64,000 nt of DNA from Raja brachyura (taxonomy: Eukaryota), in NCBI GenBank assembly GCA_963514005.1, contig OY740790.1, positions 49,042,001-49,106,000 on the forward strand, given 5' to 3'. Position numbers and translations under genes: made by a program. Under the pieces are notes generated by a model. The model searched no databases. It saw nothing but the letters and a program-made list of their open reading frames with translations, and had not been told where the DNA came from. The number at the start of each line of letters is the position of its first letter. The stretch's first letter is position 1. Positions 1 to 12,864 of the stretch are shown here, in pieces.

Positions 1-164
1 TTTCCCAGGATAGCATTGCACACCTAATTACAGAGGCTTTTCTCTCTTTATATATGGAACTGCCAGTAATTGCCCTCATGGATGCTACAAAATTTAGAAT
101 TCCCAAAATATGCAGATGTCCCAGATTTGTCAGGCATTCTTTGGTGCTGATTTACTGTCTGTGT

Positions 165-376
165 TGCCACACAGGACTCTCCTGTGTGAGTTGATAGGTG
201 AAATTGGCTTCAGTAGAATTACCCTTAGTGTGTAGGATGTGGATGCAAAATGGCATAACATGAAATTGGTGTGAAAGGGCGAGCAATGGTCAGTGTGCTC
301 TTGGTTTGCCGATGAGCCTGTTTCTATGTTGTATCTTTCAGTCAATTAATCAATCGTTCAATCAATCAATCAATTC
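165..376 (+). mobile_element. Degenerate V-SINE (HE1-like), 3' part with (TCAA)n tail
   Basis: Similar to the 3' halves of the SINEs at 10452 and 26345 (aattgg..aatt.ccct.agtgtgtagg...gcctgtttc..tg.tgtatct). Confidence 0.55.
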
Positions 377-3300
377 ATTTGTGCATATGGAAAACTTGTA
401 TCGAGTTTGGTAGGGCATGGGAACAATGATTTCACTTGATGAAATTGGAATTTTCGTGAGAATTTGAGTACTCTGCAATTTACATTGTACAGGGATGTTC
501 AGAAACATTTGTAATTTTTGACAAGTTTCTCAGCTGATTATTCCAGTGTGTGGCTTGGCTGGCAACTAAAGTATTGTTCAGATGTTTCATAACCATGTTC
601 TGGCCATTCCATCTGACATGTAAGGCCATGTCATCATATAGGGTATCGTAACTAAGGTTCAAGCTGGCATATTTTAAGCAGTTAACGGGATCCACAAAAG
701 CTAAGTTTTAACACTTTTCATAGGTCATGACACTTTTTAACACTTTCATAGGTCACCACTGACATGATTCTGTCCCATTACAACAAGAGGCTGGCTTCCT
801 TCCTTGGATTAGGATTGACTGAAACAGACATGATTTTGCCAAGTTATATTATTTTGTTTCTTCCCTCCAGACATATTCAGGAATCCTAATTCCTCTCATT
901 CAAAAGTTGAGTAAATTTGCTCTTTCATCTTCACTGCTACTTTCTTTAAAAAAAATCTTGATGATTCAGGAACGTAAAGGGAAAGTGTCATGTTGATTAG
1001 TTAATGACAATCTAAGGTGACATTTTATAGCGTTCCTGGAATCATGAATTTTCAGCAATCAGTGGCACTTCAATTCGCTACATTTATCTGATCTGCAGAA
1101 TTATTCAGCTTGGAAAGTATGTTCATTCCTATTCTGTGGTTTGCCATAGGATAACAATCCTGACCACATTATAGAACAGCTTAACTCGTAATCTGTTGCT
1201 ATAAAGCCAAATAAGAAATCTCTTTGAAACCACAGCTCTAAGCAGTGCGATCGAAGAACATAAATAAATGTCATAAATTCAGTGTTGGCAGTTAGTTGTT
1301 CTTAACAAGGGCTTTAATTGGCTTTAATGAAGCTTAAGCAAAGGCTTATGAAACTATTCTAACAGAGCCTGGTAATAATATATTTACAACATATCACATG
1401 AATCGAATGTGATCCAGCATCACATTGTGTTTTCTTTTAAATTTAACTTTTAGCTTCTTCATTTTGCAGGCAATTCAACAATGCCTGTTTTTCTTCATTT
1501 TAGTGTTTTTTACTGTTATAAATACTGCTAATGCCATTTGCACCATCAAGGAAAACATATGATTTACAGGGAAAGGTGGTCAGAAACTGTGAGCTGAAAA
1601 GGCTTGATCTTGTTTTACATTCTGTCTGACTGAGAATAGAAGACTCCAAGGTCCAATTGGTAGCTGCAATGCCAAGGATTTAAATGTGTTGGAAGCAAAA
1701 CCACCAACTGCCTATTTACGTGCACCAGTCATTAATGAAGAAACCAGACCGTGCCCATCATTAAAGTAGTTGATTCTGCAGTGTTCAATTTGAGCATCTG
1801 TTCCAAATGAACAGTTAATATGCGATATGGTAGAATGGGCGAGACTAGCTTCCAATGATTTCAATAATATTTTTCAGTCCGTCACTATAAGCAAAGAATT
1901 AAAAAAAATCAATGCAGTAGTAATCCCTTACCACTAGATGCCCCCAGCAGTAAATGTCGTTTTACTTACAAGGCCTGTGCAAAATAAATTAGTGACAGTT
2001 GTGTAAAATCACGCTGACCTTTCCTCCATGTTACTCCTTCTGTCCAGTTTCGGCTTGCTGAATATTTTACTTTTGGATCAGAGTGAATGCTGTTAATTCC
2101 TACAACACTATGGTACTACATCATCCAACCGCCACATACTTATTGAGTCGAATGCCACATTGGGCAACTACAACTGTTGGTCCTCATGAAAAATGGAATG
2201 TGCTTCATGGCATTGGATGATTGATAATGCCCCGTTGCTGCACTGCAGTTCAAAATAACAATATTTATTGTCAAAAAAATAAAATGCTAAAATTGTAACA
2301 ACTGCCCTCTGTCCCTTTTTGTCATCACTGAATAATCGATTATTCACACAGACAACCTGCAACTGTTTGGCATTAAAAAGATCTATTATTTGTGACACTC
2401 CTATAACACACTACAGCTACAGAAGGACAGTATTATTTGGTATCAGTGGCTGTGCACTTCTACTTCGCATGCAAGGGATGTGTTTGGAAGTGAGCAGCCT
2501 CCGCAATATTTAAGAATAGTTTATTAAGCTGAGCTGCAGCCGTATGTAGAAGAGGGCCTGAGATTGACATGTTTGGGATTAGTTCGGCCCTACATTTTTC
2601 AGAGGTCGTTTCCATGGATCTCGGAGGCTGTGAAATAAATGGGCCTTGCTTTAGCAGCCAGCCAAAAGTATGAAACCAATACATAACATTTAATGCTACT
2701 GTCTGCATAGGAAAAATACCGATTATTCAGTTATTTGATTAATACAGGAATGAGCTTCTACTTGACTAAAACTATTATGGCCTAATAATCATTTGACCTC
2801 TATTTTAAATAAAAAGCTTTGGAAAAGAAAGGAAGAGTAATTTATGTTGCGAAATACTACAATGACACCTCCCAGACATCACTCCAGCCATATAACTAAG
2901 AAGTGCAAATGCTAACTCAGTGGTTAAATTGAAAGTCTTTCTACCAAGATTACTTGTTATAAATTGAGTATACTTTCACTTCATCTTGTTTCTGCTGATT
3001 AAAAAACTTCATTTAAAAAAAATTAGTGATAACCGATGATCTCACATGGGAGAAAGGGATTCACATAGAACAGCTGTTTGGATATGACCACCTTTAAAGA
3101 CATTATCTAACACACTTTGTGAGTTGGTTTAGTTGGCGAAACATTCTTGGCTACTGATTATATTAAATCAACTCTCATATATCATATCCTCCGCCTGCGT
3201 GTGTCCCAAATGAAGCCATCAACATTTATTATTTAAAGCAGAAATCTCTGATTAATTGGCATCTAAAATAAACAATTAAAAATAACTCTTGTTCTTATTG

Positions 3301-4134
3301 GTGATGTTTTAAAAATGGATTGTTACTGCGCTACTCTTTAATTACTATTGTGTGGCGTCATTCGTGTTCCCCACGTGTAATGACTAAGAATTTAGTTAGG
3401 CCATTAATAATAAAAGTAATGATTTATTAAAATGTTGGGAAATATACAACTGTGTGCCCAGAGGACATGTATAAGTTACAGGCTGTCTGACATCAGAATG
3501 ATTTTATGTGAATGATTGGGAGCAGAGTGACAAGGATGCTTCTAACAATTGGTGCTATGTTATGAAGATAGACTGACAGAATCTGATGTTCTCAATGAAT
3601 AAAAAAAGATATAGCCTGATTCAGGACTTTAAAATGCTGCAAGGCAGGGATAACGTGGATATAAGCAGGTTATTTAATTTTAAATTTGATTGTGGGACTC
3701 GAGCACACATACAAAATTGATATGCCTCAAGCAAGACTAGAGATTAAAAAAAAGTTTTTTCCCCCACACAGTTGCAGATATGTAGAACTGATTCCTATCA
3801 AAAGCAGAACATGCTACATTGATTGAATCCTTGAAAAAGACCAGGGTGAAATATCTGACTATGAAAGGGATTGAAGTTTATAGGAATAGGTTGTAGCTCA
3901 GATAATAATTCTAAGTTGAATAGACAGTCTTCTTTGAACCAATAGAACAGGTCTGGGCTTAAGAATATTAATTGGATAACCTGCAGTGTTAGGTAAACAG
4001 CCTTTTGCCTCAAGAAAATAATATGCAATTCATTTTCTTTTCATGGAAATTATTATTTGCCTCCCACGTTAGATAGAAAGACTGAAAAAGAGAACTTGAT
4101 GCTGTGCCCAAATGTAGTTGATTGGGCTCATTGG

Positions 4135-4456
4135 GAAACATAGAAACATAGAAACATAGAAATTAGGTGCAGGAGTAGGCCATTCGGCCCTTCGAGCCTG
4201 CACCGCCATTCAATATGATCATGGCTGATCATCGAACTCAGTATCCCGTACCTGCCTTCTCTCCATACCCTCTGATCCCCTTAGCCACAAGGGCCACATC
4301 TAACTCCCTCTTAAATATAGCCAATCAACTGGCCTCAACTACCCTCTGTAGCAGAGAGTTCCAGAGACCCACCACTCTCTGTGTGAAAAACTTCCTTCTC
4401 ATCTCGGTCCTAAAGGATTTCCCCCTTATCCTTAAGCTGTGACCCCTTGTCCTGGA
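4135..4456 (-). mobile_element. CR1 (HER1-like) LINE, 5'-truncated 3' end
   Basis: (GAAACATA)n tail; reverse complement of the 3' end of the CR1 at about 38660-38976. Confidence 0.9.
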
Positions 4457-4980
4457 TAGGAAGGATAGGCTTAATGGGACATGTTGGTTTTCTTCATTTC
4501 ATTTTGACGTTACACTTTATGCCCATCACCATGCCATATTGAATTAAAATAAATTGCAAAATTATCAGTATATATTAATATACTATTGCATACAGCTGTG
4601 TGGGTCCAAGTAAATGCATATTTGTGTCTGATTTAATTTTGGTACAAGTTGAGTCAATTTTTAATTTTAAATCTATGATTGATTAATGTTCAATGTTGCA
4701 ATATTACTTCCCAGAACCTATGTTTGATGCAGTTAGGTAAATTTAAAGGTAATGGATTTGGAGGCACGTGAAGGGAAGTTACTCAAATTGGCACCATGTG
4801 ATTGGACGGATCCTGTGAAAATTTACGTTAGGGCAACAATCATTCATGACATTTATATATAACTGCCTTATTGGGATGGAAGGCTGATTGCATAAATATA
4901 AACAGTGCTGTAAGAACTGAGGATGGAAGCATGAAATTATATGGAGGATTTTGGCAGATGAAGCAAATTAGTCAAATTGT

Positions 4981-5113
4981 AGTCTGAAGAAGGGTCTCGA
5001 CCCGAAACGTCACCCATTCCTTCTATTCAGCGATGCTGCCTGTCCTGTTGAGTTACTCCAGCATTTTGTGTCTATCTTTGGTGTAAACCAGCATCTGCAG
5101 TTCCTTCCTACAC
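4981..5113 (+). mobile_element. Penelope-like element 3' terminal (pLTR) fragment with hammerhead-like core
   Basis: Same sequence as the end of the GIY-YIG element at 21983-22614: ctgaagaaggg..cccgaaacgt...gatgctgcc...gagttactccagcattttgtg...cagcatctgcagttcct. Confidence 0.8.
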
Positions 5114-5214
5114 AAATTGTAGTTATGATGGATATCAATGGTCATGTGTAAGGTCATCCAGTTTGAAACAAAAAAAGTTAGAACAGAGAACTTGCTAAAT
5201 GGTGAAAAACTGGA

Positions 5215-6040
5215 AGCAGTAAAGACTCTGAGAAATGTAATGGTCCATATCCATAAGGACATCCAACATGAAATAATGAGAAGACCTAATGGTTTCCTGT
5301 CTTTAAGATATAGAGATGTGGAATACAAGGAGGTAAGAATTTTGCCACAGTTATATAATGGAAAACGCTAAAGAGGTCATGCTTGAAATATTGTTGACCA
5401 TTCTGATCACCACACCACAGGAAGGATATACTGGCTGAAGAGAAAGTGCAGGGTGAATTTACCAAATGATATCTGGAAAGAACTGTTAAATTACAAAGAG
5501 AGATTGCACAAAAGTAAAGTTATATTCTCAGAAATTGAGAAGGCAAAGTAGGCGGTTGCAGAAAGTGGTGGACATTGTCTGGTCCATCGTGCATTGCCAC
5601 CACACCATCAACAGGATCTGCAGGAAGTACTGCTTCAAAGGCAGCTATTATCATCAAAGCCCCATGCCACCCTGGTCATGCCGTCATCTCGCTGCTACCA
5701 TCATGAAGAAGATATAGGAGCTTCAGAACCATAGCCTCTAGATTCAAGATAAAGCTTTTTAACAACTAAGAGGCTCTTGAACCACACTACACAATGCCAA
5801 CTACAAACCTATCTCAGCAATGATCAATAGTGGACTTTGTTTAGATTGCATTATGTACTTCAGTTTGTACTATTATAGTCTGGTTAACTATTATTACTGA
5901 TCTTGATTGTATTATTGATTATTGTATATTTATTTGTCGTGTTGTTGCATTAATATTTATGTAAAGCTGCACCAGTTAAGAAACTCATTGTTCCATTCTC
6001 GTTGCATATGACAATTAAACACTCTTGATTCTCTTGACTC
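5215..6040 (+). mobile_element. Decayed CR1 fragment (about 5215-5535) followed by a decayed Rex1/Babar 3' end (about 5550-6040)
   Basis: Residual similarity to 38290-38570 (CR1) and to 18780-19170 (Rex, including a cttga-type tail). Confidence 0.6.
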
Positions 6041-7032
6041 AATCAACGTTTTCAAACCAGTTTGATACCACATTTCAATTTTAGCTTGTTATGAATCCCT
6101 GCTTTATATTGTTCCACCTTTGTGGGGAAGTCTTTCAGTTGCATGAACTCTAAACTCTCGAATTCTACCCCTCTTTCCCCGCTCCCAAAATCTGAACCAA
6201 GCTTTTGATTATCTTTTCCACTAACTTCAGTTGAAACCTGGTATCAAATTTTATTTTCGAATTCTTCTATGAAGTGCCTTTTTAAATGGGTAGAGCATTT
6301 CTGCATAAATTAAAGCTGTTGCTAAACTCCAAGTCATGTCAAGGAATGTGAGACTATCTTTTTTGTAAAACATTGCATTACTTTTCATGGGATTCACTTT
6401 ACCTTCTGATTCCTAAGGTTTGATTCATAATTTTATTATTGCAAACAGACAATATTACAAATTGTTATAACAATTCTTGGCTTGCTGTGTAAATTCACAT
6501 AGGCAAGCATTTTATTTACTAATGTCAAACCTGTAGAAAGAATTGTAAGTCTTGTTATATCAGCTGTTGTCTCCGAATAGGTAGGTGGTCTTTATGGTTT
6601 TTCAATCTTGCTTGTAAATTGGTAAAAGTACGTGGGAAGAAAGGAAAATTAGTTGAAGACAGCAGAACGTGTATCACACTTGATAATTTGAACCTCTTTG
6701 TGATATTTTTGATGCATTTTCCTTTCTTTGAGAAATACTGTGAGTGATGTATTTTCCTTTCTTTGAGAAATACTTTCTTTGTATAATCATAAGGATTAAT
6801 ACAGAGAACTGTGGGCATTTCCTTCTAACGAAGAGAAGCAGATGCCAGCACAATACTGTGAGTCGATGAGAAGAGATGAGAAGACATTGCCAGAATTACT
6901 TGTACACTGGTGTTATGTGTTCCTACTGACATGAATTGTAGTCCTATTTTGACAATGTTAATATTTTCTAATATGACCATTTTCTTTTCATTTGCAGTAT
7001 TGTGAACAAAATGTTATTTTCTTTTTCCACAG

Positions 7033-7128
7033 TCAGTTTTGCTATCAGCACCAATTAAAAGGGAAGGGGAATCACCGACAGCATCACCTCTCTCTGCAGA
7101 TGACACTCATCATTCAGACAGATACCAG
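7033..7128 (+). CDS. RNF220: RNF220 internal coding exon (96 nt, phase 0-0): SVLLSAPIKREGESPTASPLSADDTHHSDRYQ
   Basis: Pyrimidine tract and acceptor ttttccacag|TCA, donor CAG|gtggga. Peptide matches the vertebrate RNF220 segment IKREGESPTASP..DD.HHSDRYQ and is in frame with the next exon. Confidence 0.95.
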
Positions 7129-9741
7129 GTGGGAAAAGGGAAAGCATGGCATCCATTGGCAGTTGTAAGAACCCAGGTGAAATGTGATTTGTATGAGTAT
7201 CTGGATAATGTTCCAACTATTCCAATATCAGAATGAGGAAACCTTTTCCGAAAGGATATAATTCATGTGATTTATCAATAGGACTCTCTTTTCAATCAGA
7301 GCATCATTTAAATGGGCAATCTCATCAGCAAGGATCATCTGAAGTAGGAATTCTCACCAGTAGGATTCATTTTTTAAAATAAAGACTTTACAATGGGTAA
7401 TGATAAAAAAGAGAGATCTTTTTAATTCTAGGGAACAACTCAAGTAACCGGTAATTAGGATTATTTAAAAAAAAATGTAAGTTCAATATAATGCCAATTT
7501 GTCCTGAAGAGTTGCATAAACCTGATTATGTTAGTTGCAGAGAATGCTATAAGGAAGTTGATTTCATCACTTGAAATATATGATTTAAATATATATTATC
7601 GTACAGAAAGCCTTCCACTTTTGAGCAGGTCATTAAAGCTGGTCATTAAAAAGAGCTATTAATATTAAACCAGTTTTAATTTGTGCAGGCTCTGGACAAT
7701 AGAAAGGTTTTTATGATTTGAAATCTGGAAAATAGCTGGCTTGAAAATAAATTATTATTTACACTTTTTTCCCCTACTGTCCGATCCTCAAATCAACGAC
7801 TTGTGTTGAAGCATTGATGCTCAGGCATCAGTAGTTCTTCACCTATCCTGGACAACCAACCATTCATTTTGTAACTTGGGTGATGCTTTTTAACACAGCT
7901 ATTCCATCTTAGGGGCTACGATGGTCAAAGCTGGTCAGTTCTCAGCTGGAGTTTACACTCTGTCTTTCAAGTCACTGGATAATGATCGAGATCGGGGACA
8001 CGGGTTGATTTACCTTTCCATAGCTCAAGAGTTCTGAGACCAATTACAGTGCACCTACTGTTGCTGCGGCTTATGTCAGTTAACTCAGCTCAAACCATGT
8101 TCTGTTTGGCCATCTACCATTCCCAATGGTGCATTTGTCAGGTCTATTATCAGAGGAACAGGGGAACCACAAAAAAACAAATACAAATAAGCAAAACTAA
8201 TGACTGGATGGTGGATAATTTTGGTGGGGGGTCAAACTGTTTTGCTTCGCTCACATTAGCATTTTCATGGAATGTGTAAACATAGTGCAGGAGCATCACA
8301 TTTTTTATTTGTAGTTTTGGCAGTCAAGTTAATAAGTGTGAAAATAAAACACCACCCAGTAAGGGGCTGGAACAAAAATGCTAATTTCACTGTTTGATTT
8401 AAAAAGTATTATTTTAACAAGTCTGACATATTGTGCCCTTCTTTTGCAATTGGGCTTTGAGTAGTGACTGTGTTTTCTCCAGCGCTGTACACATATTTTG
8501 TCTTCCCCATTACATATCAGGAGTGCATTGCCAAAAAGTAATCTACTCCCTTGTAACGCAAAAATCTGTCCCCATCTTTAAGAGTCTTTAAAACACAGAA
8601 ATTGCACACAGATGTGAATTCTGTTTTTCACGAGTGGGGTGCACATACCTGATTTATTTAAACCCAAGGAGTTTAATCAAATTTGGAAATTGACAGTCCT
8701 GGGAATATGCACATTGTGAAATGCTGGATCTTAACCAACAAAACTTTCAGGGCCAAACTCATGTTGCGAAGCAGAAGTAAAGACCACGTAACTTTTCTCC
8801 TTCTGGATTATTTTAGGAAGTTTATTTGGAAAGATTGGAATGAGAAGAATGCCAGCTCCAATGACTGTTCTACCCTCCAAGTTGAGCTAATGAGCTGGAG
8901 TGGCTGGTTAATTATCAGTTGCCTCACATTGGGCTGTCTGACCTTCCGTTGAGTATATCATGTACTCCTGGGGTTTAGTTTGGGTCTGAATTTACATTGC
9001 TGGGCATATAATTTGAGATATACCTCAACATCTGAGGGATCTCATTGTTCAGGTTTCTTAACCCCAAGGTGACCTTGCTTGGTTACATCAACCTTCTTTT
9101 GACCCAAAATGAAAATAGTTTGCCCAAGGAGCGCAGTCCTACGATATTTTACCAAATAAAAAATATCTAGATGTTATGTGATCTTGCTAAAATGTGTTTT
9201 ATTTATTTATTTGTTACTGAATTTTAATTCTTACGTAATTTTAAATTCTGTAAAATGTTAGTCCCTTAAATGTGGAATTCCCTTGCTACTCATTCATTGA
9301 TGAAAGTAATACAATGTGTAGTGAGAAACATTTACTTATGTAAATGTAAAGCAGAAGAATCAGGTAATTACTACTGACGCTGTTATTCTTTCCTGAAACC
9401 ACACCTTGATGAGAAATCACTTTTTTTTGTCAGTGAGAAGGCAAAATGAGAACATGACGTTCTTCTTTAGATGCTTAATTAACATAAAGATAAGAGTTAG
9501 AGGGAAGGATCGAGGGAAAACGACAATGATTGTACAGGACTGTATTTTAAAATCACGGGACGGGAAACATAAAGTTAAACATGATACTGGAAACAAAATG
9601 TTGGGGAAAGGAGGAAAAGATCATTAGCAACACATTTAAATCATGAAGGGAACAAAGAGGTCCATTTTGAGTTATAATTTGTACTGAATCAGAACTAAAG
9701 CAAAGGATTGAATGCAAGGTAATGTTGCCAAAATCTACATG

Positions 9742-10001
9742 TAGAACACAGAACATAGAACAGTAAAGCATAGGAACAGTCCGCAATGTCTTCGCCAAAC
9801 ATGATGGCAAGTTAAACTAATCGCCTGTGCCTGCTCGTAATCTATATCCCTCCCATCCCTGCATATCCATGTACTTATCTAAAGACCTCTTAAATGTCAC
9901 TATTGTATCTGCCTCCAATATCACCCCTAGCAGTGCATTCCAGGCACCCACCACTCTCTGTGTTAAAAAAAATGCCTTGCACATCTCCTTTAAACTTTCC
10001 T
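9742..10001 (-). mobile_element. CR1 LINE 3' fragment
   Basis: AGAACAT-type tail, and cattccaggcacccaccactctctgtgt is shared with the 4135 copy. Confidence 0.75.
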
Positions 10002-10451
10002 CTCAATTCCGAAGTAACCACTTAACTCTATTAATAAATGAACACTATCATGATTCAGTGGAAAGTTGATTAAGGCAATATATATATAAAAAATGACACC
10101 TTCTATTAATCCAAAGTTATGAGAAAGGTTAACTGATCTCCCCAGATGTTAAATGATCTAGTAAACTAGATGGGCTGAAAGACTGTCTGTGTTCTTCTCT
10201 CTCACTGTTCACAGCTTCATTTAAAACTCTTACCCCATTAAAACTCTGAACAGTTTTATTTTGTAACATATAGTTCATCCTCAATATTTTGAACAAATGG
10301 GAAACATTTTCACTTTGAGGTTGCCATTGGTTCTCAAAGGTCCTGCTAATGCTGTTGTACTTGTGTCAAGTGAATGAATATAACCAAAATCTTTCACTCA
10401 GTGGAATTACATGAACAGCTCTCTATTCCGGAACATCCATTCTACTACTTA

Positions 10452-10756
10452 AAGGCAGCAGAGTGGTGCAGGGGTAGAAATGCTGCCTCACAGCGCCAGA
10501 GACTCAGGCTTGATCCTGACGACGGGTGCTCTCCATGCAAAGGTTGCAATGTCTCCCTGCTACCACCTGGGTTTTCTCTGGGTGCTCTGGTTTCCTCCCA
10601 CATTCCAAAGACATGCCAAAATTGTAGGTTAATTGGACTCTGTAAATTGTCTGTTGTGTGCAAAAGTGGGATAACATTGAATTAGTGCAAGGGTGATCAA
10701 CGGTCGGCGTGGACTCGTTGGAACAAAGGGCCTGTTTCCACGCTATACAGTATCTC
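10452..10756 (+). mobile_element. tRNA-derived V-SINE (HE1-like), near full length
   Basis: A-box TGGTGCAGGGG, degenerate B-box gcttgatcc, V-domain ggtttcctcccacattccaaagac, CR1-like tail gggcctgtttcc. Confidence 0.85.
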
Positions 10757-12059
10757 GTTAAACAATCATGCATACAGACAAGCAAACCAATGCCTACTGC
10801 TCAGGTAATTCTCAATAATTCTCAAAATTCATGTCACAATTGACAGAGGTACAATTGCTCATGCATTTAAGCAAAGTATTTCTTATTGCAGCTTTATGTC
10901 AGAGGTACTCTTGAAATTCACCATGCAGAATATACTAGGACAGAACACCATAGATTGCAAGGATCCTTTATAAAAATAATTGCTAAATTACAGCAAAATG
11001 TATAGAGAGGTTGCAGAGGAGTTTTAATGGAATGAAACCTGAAATGAGGGAACTTGAACGTGTGTCAATCAAGAAAATCAATGACTGTTCTCCATAGAGA
11101 AGGTTAAGAGTAGATTTAATATCCAAAGTTATGAGAGATCTAATTAACTCAGTAAGAGGCAACTATTTTCTCTATCTGGAGGCTCAGAAACCAGAAGACA
11201 TAAATTTAAGATATCAGGCAAAATAATCAGGTGAGTTAAGTTTTAGCTGAACATTATTTGATTCAGTGGCTTGGAGTGCAGTGGTTGCAAGAAGATCCAA
11301 CAATAAATTTCAAAAGGGAAATTGTTATATATGTGAAAAAGAAAGTAAATGCAGGATATTGACAAAGAGCAGGAGAATGCAACAAATTGAAGAGCCCTTT
11401 CAAATCACTGACATAGACATGATAGCCAAATGGTCTTCTGTACTTTATGACTCCAGAAGACGACATCCCTAACGGTGAGAGAAAACAAACTGTGTATCTG
11501 GCTTAATTAGTGTTTGAGTATCTCAGTAAGTGAATTATTGGATCCTCACCACTTCTAATTATAAATAGTTTGTATAATTGATGCTCTCCTGTTGTTGATG
11601 AAAATGTGTGTTTTACTGTGTTGTGCTATCATTAACCTCTCACATGCAGAAGGAATAGTGCCAGAGAATGTTGTCTCTATGAGGAGCTGTTATCACTGTA
11701 CCAGTCTCATCAGTAGTCTACAATCTAATTTGTGTGTGTGTATTTTTCATTCAATGACAACATTTGCCTGTTCTTTCCCAATTCTAATTAGTTGTATTAA
11801 TTCAATGTGCAATTTTCAGTTCAAGGGGTTTGCTTAAGATGTGAAGGGAAATTGTCCTATTGTTTCTTGTATTGGTGAAAGGTTTATTTTCTGCCTTGAA
11901 TGCTTTTAAAAAAATATGTTCTGTCTTGAATGCACGAAGTTGTTTTCAGGTGTAATTAAGAAGCGCATGAAGTGTTGCAAAGAGCAGTAACAGCGTGGGC
12001 TGCAGCACTGGCTGAGAGAAGTCCAGGCACTGTTCTTGGATGCTGAGCTGCTGCCACCT

Positions 12060-12260
12060 ATCGGGCGCTTGGCGCAGGCGCGCTTTGTGACGTGCACTTT
12101 CACCTTTCGCCGGCGGTCACGTGGCCGCGCTTTCTCCGAGGCCTGGTGGAAGCTGTGCAAGATGCAGCCTCTTGGTTACAATCCAATGACATCCTCCCAG
12201 TTGCTGTGAACTGCACGGATCGGATTATAAAGGTGCAAAGCTTCCAGGTGCTACATTCAT
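12060..12260 (+). promoter_or_regulatory. Putative internal (alternative) promoter of RNF220, CpG-rich patch
   Basis: Dense non-repeat CpG cluster in CpG-poor DNA. NRF1-like GCGCAGGCGC (12072-12081), CRE-like TGACGTG (12088-12094), E-box CACGTG (12118-12123), CCAAT (12183-12187), TATAAA (12226-12231), Inr-like CTACATT (12251-12257). Confidence 0.65.
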
Positions 12261-12300
12261 GCCAAGTAATATTGACAGGTTATCCCATTTTAATCCTGCC

Positions 12301-12351
12301 ATGGACCCAGCAGGAGTGGAGGATCCAGAACACACCAATGGCAAGGAGGAA
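12301..12351 (+). CDS. RNF220: Putative alternative first coding exon of a short RNF220 isoform: MDPAGVEDPEHTNGKEE
   Basis: Kozak gccATGg at 12301 (in-frame upstream ATG at 12259). Phase-0 donor GAA|gtaggt at 12352 and a 156-nt intron lead to the phase-0 acceptor at 12508. Confidence 0.7.
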
Positions 12352-12507
12352 GTAGGTTTTGTTTACATCCTGTGTAGTTGGGGCAATGGGAGAATCCACT
12401 GCAATCCATCTGCTTCAAACATATATTTCACTTATATTCGGGCAGTATTTGACAGTTTAAGTGCTTCTTATTTATTTTTCACCTTTCTTTTCTGTTTTTC
12501 TTCATAG

Positions 12508-12550
12508 ACATTTTTGCGAGTAAGGTCCAACAGGCAAGCAAGGCTGAATG
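12508..12550 (+). CDS. RNF220: RNF220 coding exon (43 nt, phase 0-1): TFLRVRSNRQARLN(A)
   Basis: Long pyrimidine tract with ttcatag|ACA, donor G|gtaagg. Matches RNF220 TFLRVRANRQTRLN. Confidence 0.95.
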
Positions 12551-12776
12551 GTAAGGTTACGTGTATGGCAACTTTGTAAAATACTAATTTAAGGGGGAAA
12601 AAGCTTTTTTTGAAATGGGGGAGGAGGTTTCAATTAAAGCTGCACTCTTTGATGAAAACAATTGAAATATATGCCATGAGGTGATAGCTTTTCAGTGTTT
12701 TCCATGACTTGTATGGTAAACACACTTCATATTGAGTAACTTTTTGCTCCATTCTGAATGGAAAGAACAGACATAA

Positions 12777-12831
12777 CAATTGTTGTTGCACAAGGATTTT
12801 GGAAGTGTTTATTTTCAACATCAATCCTTTC

Positions 12832-12864
<33 letters not shown>

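Noticed and set aside
871-910. Acceptor-like ttccctccag as the preceding RNF220 exon
   Set aside because: No frame resembles the expected ...PGTPK peptide and there is no good donor; that exon is probably upstream of the window.
706-6774. Short tandem duplications (about 706-756 and 6717-6774; also 54314-54396) as a CRISPR-like or functional array
   Set aside because: Isolated two-copy slippage duplications in eukaryotic intron DNA, unrelated to each other and without a repeat-spacer array.
10452-10520. tRNA-like A/B boxes (also at 25600 and about 62780-62840)
   Set aside because: These are SINE heads continuing into V-domain and LINE-like tails; no cloverleaf.
11906-12355. ORFs across the CpG-rich patch (11906-12160 minus, 12092-12355 plus), including an upstream TGC-TGA that could suggest selenocysteine
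   Set aside because: No recognisable protein, no ATG start and no SECIS seen; better explained as promoter/5'UTR.
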